Assembly: GCA_029258885.1 (NCBI GenBank)
Contig: JAPDJW010000002.1
Location: 320,001-384,000, forward strand
Source: Thermoproteota archaeon
GTDB taxonomy: Archaea; Thermoproteota; Thermoprotei; Thermofilales; B9-G17
Length of the DNA: 64,000 nucleotides
Direction of reading: 5' to 3'
The translations under genes were made by a program, and so were the position numbers. Shown piece after piece: positions 57,771 through 64,000 of this stretch. Below the pieces are notes generated by a model, which saw nothing but the letters and a program-made list of their open reading frames with translations, did no database searches and had not been told where the DNA came from. Each line of letters opens with the position of its first letter. The first letter of the stretch is position 1.

Positions 57771-59645
57771 ATGAATTTAGATCCATACGAGTGGATGGAG
57801 AATCTAGATAACCCTAAGCTTCTCGAATGGATTGAAGTTGAGGATAGAAAATTTAGAGAATACGTCCATAGTTTATCTCAACGATTAAGGGAGAGAATTA
57901 GAAGGTATTATTTTGTAAAAAACTTAATCAGTGTAAGGATATCGGAGAAAGGGTATTATGCTCTTTTCCAGGATAGGGATGTATTTAAACTTAAGCTGCT
58001 CGATAGAGAGGGCGAGTGGATAGACGTAATCGATTCGAGGGAGCTGGGAGAACATGTTATACTTAAGGACTTCTACCCTGACCCTACTGGTCAGTACCTA
58101 GCGTACAACTATTCGTTTAAGGGAGCCGATGTAGGCTTTACACATTTTATAGACGTGGAGACTGGCGAGCTTTTAGATAAGCTTGAGGGAATTGTAGGGT
58201 CGATAATATGGCTGGATAAGGAGGCATACTACTACGTGAGATTCTTCAGTAAAAGTAAGTCTCCGGACGGTGTCGATCCACCTACAACTAGAATGTTCCT
58301 GAGGCGTCAGCAGGAGGAGGAAATGGTTTTCGGAGAAGGCTTGCCGCAAGCTCATTTTATACTAGCTAAGCCGTCAACAGATTATAAGAATATTCTCATA
58401 GCCGTTAGCCTCGGATGGAGTAAAAGTGACACGTTCGTGGGACCTCTTAAGGATCCATCTAGATGGAGGAAAATCTTTGGCGGCGATTTCATAACGTTCC
58501 CCATAGATGCAGTGGATAATTCATACCTAATAGCCGCTTTCGACCGTGGGGGATACGGCAGGATAATATTGGCATCAGTCAAAGGGGAAGTAAAAGAGCT
58601 GGTTAGAGAATGGAGATATCCGCTAAAGGAGGCAGCACTAGTTGGGGATAAGTTGCTGATACATTACTTGGTGGATGCATCATCTATTCTAAGGGTATTT
58701 GACCTTAAAGGTAAAATACTGGATGAAATAAAGTTTGACGGAGCGGGAACAGTATCCATTACGGACTTTAACTCGAGTGAAGCTGTCCTAAAATACACGT
58801 CGTTCTTAACCCCATACAGGTTCTATAAGTTTAGCGGAAGGGGACTTGAAGTAATCGAATCAAAGGACTTTAAACTCGAAATTACGGTCGAGGAGCGCTG
58901 GGCGGAGTCATTCGATGGAACAAGAATACACATGTTTATCGTTAAAAGGAAGAACTGTAAGGCAGATAAGGTGCTCCTCTATGGATACGGTGGGTTCAAT
59001 GTATCTATAACGCCGCACTATTTATCATACCTTATACCCTTCATAGAGGACTGTGGAACATACGTTATAGCTAACATAAGAGGTGGAGGCGAATACGGGG
59101 AGAAGTGGCATAGAGATGGAATGAGGGAGAAGAAGGAAAACGTTTTCATGGACTTCATAGCTGCAGCAAAGTACCTGAAAAATATGGGAGCTAAAGTCGT
59201 GGCAATGGGTTCAAGCAACGGCGGTCTACTAGTAGGCGCGGTCCTAACTAAAGAGCCTGAGCTACTCGATGGAGCTGTGATAGGATACCCAGTATTGGAT
59301 ATGCTGAAGTTCCATAAACTATACATAGGCAAGAGCTGGGTACCGGAGTACGGAGATCCTGATAATCCGAAGGATGCAGAGTTCCTAATCAAGTATTCGC
59401 CGTATCACAACGTTAAGTCAGCCAAATACCCGCCGACACTCGTCTACACAGGGTTACACGATGATAGGGTGCATCCAGCCCACGCCTTCAAGTTCGTAGC
59501 CAAGTTAAAGGAGGTAAACGCACCAGTCTACCTAAGAGTTGAAAAAGCAAGCGGGCACTCGGGAGCAACGCCCAAAATAAAGCTAAATGAACTATCAGAC
59601 ATATTAGCCTTCATATACAAGGTGCTTGGTCTATCCATGGCATAA
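57771..59645 (+). CDS. Prolyl oligopeptidase (S9A)
   Basis: DPYEWME, YGYGGFN, RGGGEYG, GSSNGG, HDDRVHP and GH catalytic triad. Confidence 0.96.
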   Translation: MNLDPYEWMENLDNPKLLEWIEVEDRKFREYVHSLSQRLRERIRRYYFVKNLISVRISEKGYYALFQDRDVFKLKLLDREGEWIDVIDSRELGEHVILKDFYPDPTGQYLAYNYSFKGADVGFTHFIDVETGELLDKLEGIVGSIIWLDKEAYYYVRFFSKSKSPDGVDPPTTRMFLRRQQEEEMVFGEGLPQAHFILAKPSTDYKNILIAVSLGWSKSDTFVGPLKDPSRWRKIFGGDFITFPIDAVDNSYLIAAFDRGGYGRIILASVKGEVKELVREWRYPLKEAALVGDKLLIHYLVDASSILRVFDLKGKILDEIKFDGAGTVSITDFNSSEAVLKYTSFLTPYRFYKFSGRGLEVIESKDFKLEITVEERWAESFDGTRIHMFIVKRKNCKADKVLLYGYGGFNVSITPHYLSYLIPFIEDCGTYVIANIRGGGEYGEKWHRDGMREKKENVFMDFIAAAKYLKNMGAKVVAMGSSNGGLLVGAVLTKEPELLDGAVIGYPVLDMLKFHKLYIGKSWVPEYGDPDNPKDAEFLIKYSPYHNVKSAKYPPTLVYTGLHDDRVHPAHAFKFVAKLKEVNAPVYLRVEKASGHSGATPKIKLNELSDILAFIYKVLGLSMA

Positions 59646-60078
59646 CCTAAGGCTAAAGTTCCCTCGGATTATCCTTAAGTAGCGCTAAAAATAGCGGAGC
59701 TGGAATCCGAGGCTATTTACTGCTGTTATCATACAGGCAATATACCCTTGTTATAATATCAATATCCTCTCGCTCGTTTAAGAGTCTTCACACCATATCT
59801 AACCCCTAAATATAGGGGTTACGCCATCTATGTTTATACACGAGATATACTTCATATTCTACTAAGATAGTCGGTAGAAAACTTGAAGGTCCTAATATAT
59901 TCATAAATGTTTAATTACAAGGCAATCATAATGCTCTTAACAATTTTTCGGTAGAAGATCATAAACACATAATCTATAGTTACACCCGCGTGTACTCTAA
60001 TTCTTGTATAATTAAGGGATCATAGAGGTAAAAAACAAGAGCGTATAAAATCTGATGGAGGATAAGCCCCAACACTGA

Positions 60079-60371
60079 TATATTGGATTATCATTAACCA
60101 AATATGGTAGCGAAATACTGGACAAGACAATGAGATCGCTTCACAGGCTCGATAGAAGGCTGGCTAACGATGCGCTATCTAAAGTTAAGAAAGCAGTTGA
60201 TATTGAATGTAAGGCTACTAAAGCTTTGGTGGAGTGTCCAGCCTATCGCCAACTATCATTTTACATGTGAAGATAGCTCTTGAGAGTTTGAGAAGGCTAT
60301 GTGAGTACGGTGCTGATGTGGCTGAGATCGTAATAGACCTCTCAATCGGTAGGAAAAAAGCTTTTCTATAG
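60079..60371 (+). pseudogene. PhoU-domain phosphate regulator C-terminal remnant
   Basis: ILDKTMRSLHRLDRRLANDAL, then in another frame LESLRRLCEYGADVAEIVIDL. Confidence 0.65.
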
Positions 60372-60403
60372 AGAAAGCTAAAATGAATAAAATGTGTTTA
60401 TTA

Positions 60404-60540
60404 ATTGAGCATAGCTTGCGATGGGAACTCTATCGTATGAAATATACAGAATGCTTGATGGCTCCGTCCCTTCCTCAATAAGATGTTTAACGTAAAGCTT
60501 CAATCAAACAGTCTTGCCACCAAGAATTCCGACGGATGGT
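60404..60540 (-). pseudogene. Remnant of an AAA-family ATP-binding protein
   Basis: GKTV*LKLYVKHLIEEGTEPSSILYISYD, a decayed Walker A followed by the ILYxSxD motif. Confidence 0.55.
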
Positions 60541-60669
60541 ATTTTTCGAAAGCATTAGAAACACCTATATATACTAAATTCGAATATAGTCGAGAAATAT
60601 ATAAGAGTTTTCAACAATATCGGCTTACCTATATTGCCAGGGAATTCCGTGATAGATTTACGTATATGG

Positions 60670-61662
60670 CTATTCTTCATCAACATGTTTCAGATGACTA
60701 ACCACGTTTTCGGGAAAGTTTATGTGTAACATTATACATGAATCGATGAATTTACTCTTCACTTTACTAAGCACCATATTTAATGGAAGCAAATGTACGC
60801 CAACATTATCCTCTATAAACTTAACCATATAGATGACCTCCCGCTGAATATACCTTTCCCTCAAAAGGTAGTTAATAACACCTCTATATATAGAGTCACT
60901 GGAGTACGAATTAAATAAAATCCACTCAATCACGCCCACTCCACTATTCTTCACGTAATCATCTAGTCTCCTTAAAAGTCTCTCAAGAATATCGCTAACT
61001 TTATACCTCGACGAAACCCACAAACCAGTAACAGCTAAAACCTTAACTTCCCTAGAACTTAAATCCTCTATCCTAAAGCCTTTATCGTCTCTGGGAAAGT
61101 ATCTAAAAGGCTTCTCTCTGTATATTATTCCCGTAAGAAGTCCCACAATACTATTCTCATAGATGGCAAGGATAGAAAAACGCTCCTCATCCCCACTCCA
61201 TACCGTACGCAACCTCTCAATAAGCCTACTCCTATAATCATGCCTCCTCCCGCTGACGAGAGCCTTCAACCTATGAACGATCGAATCAAGAACCCTACCG
61301 GAAAACTTCCTCGAAAACAACTCCCTCAATAAATTAACATGGCTACCCTTAAAGAAGTCGATAATTAGAGAATCAACATTGACAGATCTACCATTATCTA
61401 AACGCTCAGAAACCTCCTCATCAAAAGCAGTAATATAGCTTAATCCTCTATCAGTTAAACGATAGACACCATCCGAGCTATCTATCAAGCCAGAAGCCTT
61501 AAGCTTCTTCAAATGATAGTCAAGTAGCCCACAGTCCTTTTCAATATTAAGCCCAAGCCGCCTTAGAATCTCAGTAAAGGACATGCCGCTGGAATCTCTT
61601 AAAAGCCTCAAAATATTCACCCTTAAGGGATGGGATAACGCCTTAACAGCTTCAAGATCCAT
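60670..61662 (-). CDS. ArsR-like wHTH fused to a GNAT-like domain
   Basis: ALSHPLRVNILRLL...LDYHLKKL...YRLTDRG. C-terminal IVGLLTG...VTGLWVS alpha/beta region. Confidence 0.7.
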   Translation of the reverse strand: MDLEAVKALSHPLRVNILRLLRDSSGMSFTEILRRLGLNIEKDCGLLDYHLKKLKASGLIDSSDGVYRLTDRGLSYITAFDEEVSERLDNGRSVNVDSLIIDFFKGSHVNLLRELFSRKFSGRVLDSIVHRLKALVSGRRHDYRSRLIERLRTVWSGDEERFSILAIYENSIVGLLTGIIYREKPFRYFPRDDKGFRIEDLSSREVKVLAVTGLWVSSRYKVSDILERLLRRLDDYVKNSGVGVIEWILFNSYSSDSIYRGVINYLLRERYIQREVIYMVKFIEDNVGVHLLPLNMVLSKVKSKFIDSCIMLHINFPENVVSHLKHVDEE

Positions 61663-61750
61663 ACAACCACCAGATAATTAATAACAATTTAAATAATATA
61701 AATTTTATTAACAAAAAATTTTGTTAATAAAATTCACAACCACTCAGCAG

Positions 61751-62542
61751 CTAATCAATCTTTTCGAATATAAATAGCATACTTGAATCAACATACTCAT
61801 TAAACTCCCTAAAATCAGTTAGAGAGTTACGTATAGAAATGAGCTTAAACCCTTGCTTCTTCACATCTTCAAGAACTTCATCAACATAAAACCACTTCAT
61901 TAAATGACGCCTATGTACAACTTCAAACTCATTCCCATTATAAATTATATAAAAGGCACGCCAGAGAAAGACATCATCCCTATCAGTCCTATACATGGAA
62001 TATATTGGGACAATCTTAATTCCATCGCATTTTATAGCTCTATCAAACACAGGGCTACCAAGTCTGTTTACATCAAGGCGCCTAATATTTCTAGCATCGA
62101 AAACGAATAGACCGCCATGTCTAAGGACGGAGTAGGCGGAACCTGAGAATTTAGATAAATCGTTTTCACCAGTCAAATGATGCGTAGTAAAACCTAGACA
62201 GTAAACAGCGTCAAAAACACATAACCTAAAGGGGAGCCTACGCATGTCTCCAACAACAAAATCAATATCCACTCTCCTATCCTTAGCCTTAGAAAGAGCC
62301 TTCCTAACCATGTTGAAACTGACATCCAAGCCAACAACAAAATACCCCAAGCCACCGAGAGTTAAGGCATGACCACCAGTACCACACCCAATATCCAAAA
62401 CCCTTCGAACACCAAAGCCACGGAAAATCTCAACAAGCCTTTTAACTTCAGCTGAATAATCCTTAGACCCCCAAAGATAGTCGTAGATCTCAGCCTCAAA
62501 GGAAAACTTGTCAATAATCATAAGCTTTACCTCATATCTCAT
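61751..62542 (-). CDS. Class I SAM-dependent methyltransferase
   Basis: VLDIGCGTGGH, GDMRRLPF, FDAVYC and GGLFVFD motifs. Confidence 0.92.
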   Translation of the reverse strand: MRYEVKLMIIDKFSFEAEIYDYLWGSKDYSAEVKRLVEIFRGFGVRRVLDIGCGTGGHALTLGGLGYFVVGLDVSFNMVRKALSKAKDRRVDIDFVVGDMRRLPFRLCVFDAVYCLGFTTHHLTGENDLSKFSGSAYSVLRHGGLFVFDARNIRRLDVNRLGSPVFDRAIKCDGIKIVPIYSMYRTDRDDVFLWRAFYIIYNGNEFEVVHRRHLMKWFYVDEVLEDVKKQGFKLISIRNSLTDFREFNEYVDSSMLFIFEKID

Positions 62543-62686
62543 ACTATAAGAGCAAACTATAATTTAAACGCTATTCATCTAAAAGTTATGTTAATATAGT
62601 AAGAAATCCATTAACATGGTCGAGTTCATGTAGAAGCTTATGACCTACCAAAAACCTAATTTGCTAATATATTAATATATTAACAC

Positions 62687-62905
62687 ATGAAAACACTAAC
62701 CATACGAGACGACGTCTATGAAAAACTAGTTAAACTGAAGAAGGAAGGAGAAAGCTTTTCAGACCTACTAGAACGTCTCCTTTCACGAGAAAAAGTCAGC
62801 CTACGCGAGTTCTATGGTTCGTTAAAGGATAGTAAATTCCTGGAGGAACTGGAAAAGGAGATCCTAGAATTTAGGAAAAAAGCAAAAGCAAGGGAGATTC
62901 CATGA
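62687..62905 (+). CDS. vapB: VapB-type antitoxin
   Basis: MKTLTIRDDVYEKLVKLKKEGESFSDLLERL. Confidence 0.9.
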   Translation: MKTLTIRDDVYEKLVKLKKEGESFSDLLERLLSREKVSLREFYGSLKDSKFLEELEKEILEFRKKAKAREIP

Positions 62906-63294
62906 TACTAATGGATACCTCCTACCTGATTCTTCTTGCCAGAGGTTCACCTAAAGCAGAAAGCCTAATTGATTTGATCGACAATGAAGGAGGTGTTTTA
63001 ACGACCATATCGTACTTTGAAATATTTCGTAGCGGAAACAAAATGAGCAAGAAAGAGCAAAGATACTTTACTAGATTATTTTCTACATATCCAGTACTAT
63101 CTCTCGATGTGAGAGCTGCCCATAAAGCCTCAGAGTTATGGTATAAGCTGGAGCGTCTCGGCAGAATGACTAATGTTCTAGATGTCCTTATTGGTGGAAT
63201 AATGATCGCTAATGGCATAGATAAAATAGTAACATCCGATAAAGACTTCCTAGAAATCGGGAAGATATCTGAAATAGAAGTAATCTTAATATAA
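62902..63294 (+). CDS. vapC: VapC PIN-domain toxin
   Basis: ILMDTSYLI, ISYFE, DVLIGG and TSDKDF motifs. Confidence 0.92.
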   Translation: MILMDTSYLILLARGSPKAESLIDLIDNEGGVLTTISYFEIFRSGNKMSKKEQRYFTRLFSTYPVLSLDVRAAHKASELWYKLERLGRMTNVLDVLIGGIMIANGIDKIVTSDKDFLEIGKISEIEVILI

Positions 63295-63474
63295 AAATTA
63301 TTACCTAAATAAGTAGCTATATTTTTATCATAACTATTAATGAAATTGTTTAAAGAATTTGGTTACAATTTTCATTGCTGCCTTTTTCCATTAAATGAGA
63401 TGGATTACATGACCCAAAAACGTAAAATTTTCGTTTCGTTTACGGCTTATATTGTCCACCACTCTAGGGCTATG

Positions 63475-64000
63475 TTATTCCAGGATAACAGTCTTGCCAT
63501 TGAAATTCAACAGTATCCTGCTAAGCCGTAAATCAAGTAGCAGGGGCCTATAAGGCTCCCCGCCGCCATGATAAAACTTGCTAAAGAACTCATAGAAATG
63601 TAGCCTAAGGGATTGGATAAAGGCCAGCAATCCTTCTAAGGCAATAATCCCAACATTACCTATAACCACTATCGGTAAACCAGCAAACCCAAGAGCTAAA
63701 GCCATATTAACCGCTGACGTTAAAAAGACGTGAACCATGTATAATATAATTAATCTTGCATACGAGATAGTGTTTGATGCTAACTCAAGTGCACTAATAA
63801 AGAACTCTAAAAGGTTAAAGAAGATCTTTGAGGGCTGACCAAAGATCATAAGTAGAATACATGCGACCATAATATATTGTGCTATTGTCCCCATATCTCG
63901 GCTTATTACCCTACCAGCGTATTCGGTAGATCCTACGAAGATCACCGCCGAGAGATAGGTTATAACTAAAGGCACGTAAAAGAGTAATGCTTCTCTAGTC
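63475..64000 (-). CDS. atpI: A/V-type ATP synthase subunit I, C-terminal part (runs off the window)
   Basis: SNTISYARL and LEGLLAFIQSLRLHFYEFFSKFYHGGG motifs. Confidence 0.9.
   Translation of the reverse strand, partial: TREALLFYVPLVITYLSAVIFVGSTEYAGRVISRDMGTIAQYIMVACILLMIFGQPSKIFFNLLEFFISALELASNTISYARLIILYMVHVFLTSAVNMALALGFAGLPIVVIGNVGIIALEGLLAFIQSLRLHFYEFFSKFYHGGGEPYRPLLLDLRLSRILLNFNGKTVILE

Noticed and set aside
60508-60520. 13-bp identity AACAGTCTTGCCA with 63487-63499 as a possible att pair
   Set aside because: Both copies encode G-K-T-V in unrelated reading frames, and there is no recombinase or foreign cargo between them.

Overview
Archaeal chromosomal segment, most consistent with a thermophilic Thermoproteota/TACK-type host. 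Evidence for this is the type I-A CRISPR genes, Dph2/Dph6, CTP-dependent riboflavin kinase, archaemetzincin, XerA, A/V-type ATPase subunit I and TTG/GTG starts with GGTGA/GGAGG ribosome-binding sites. From left to right it holds: (1) a type I-A CRISPR-Cas locus (probable cas3'' tail, csa1, cas1, cas2, cas4, leader, about 64 copies of a 25-bp repeat plus one degenerate copy, an HTH-membrane gene, cas6); (2) housekeeping, cofactor-salvage, sugar-utilisation and transporter genes, with three intact VapBC-type TA pairs, one broken pair and many gene remnants that the ORF track misses; (3) a 9,041-bp integrated element (13-bp att repeats at 47413-47425 and 56454-56466). The element interrupts a Schlafen/AlbA_2-domain gene rather than a tRNA gene. 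It encodes an intact tyrosine integrase, a frameshifted Hjc-like resolvase, two paralogous two-helix hydrophobic proteins resembling spindle/bacilliform-virus capsid proteins, a ~950-aa coiled-coil protein with a polybasic tail, a P-loop helicase with an origin-like dyad cluster in its 3' end, and two small DNA-binding proteins. This element is the best candidate for an undescribed system, namely a minimal archaeal provirus. Other notable signals are apparent ATT start codons (dph2 and the large element gene), a box C/D sRNA candidate, and an operon-scale T-to-A compositional gradient. All family assignments come from motif recognition by eye; no database searches were run. Several frameshifts fall in homopolymer runs and could be assembly errors.
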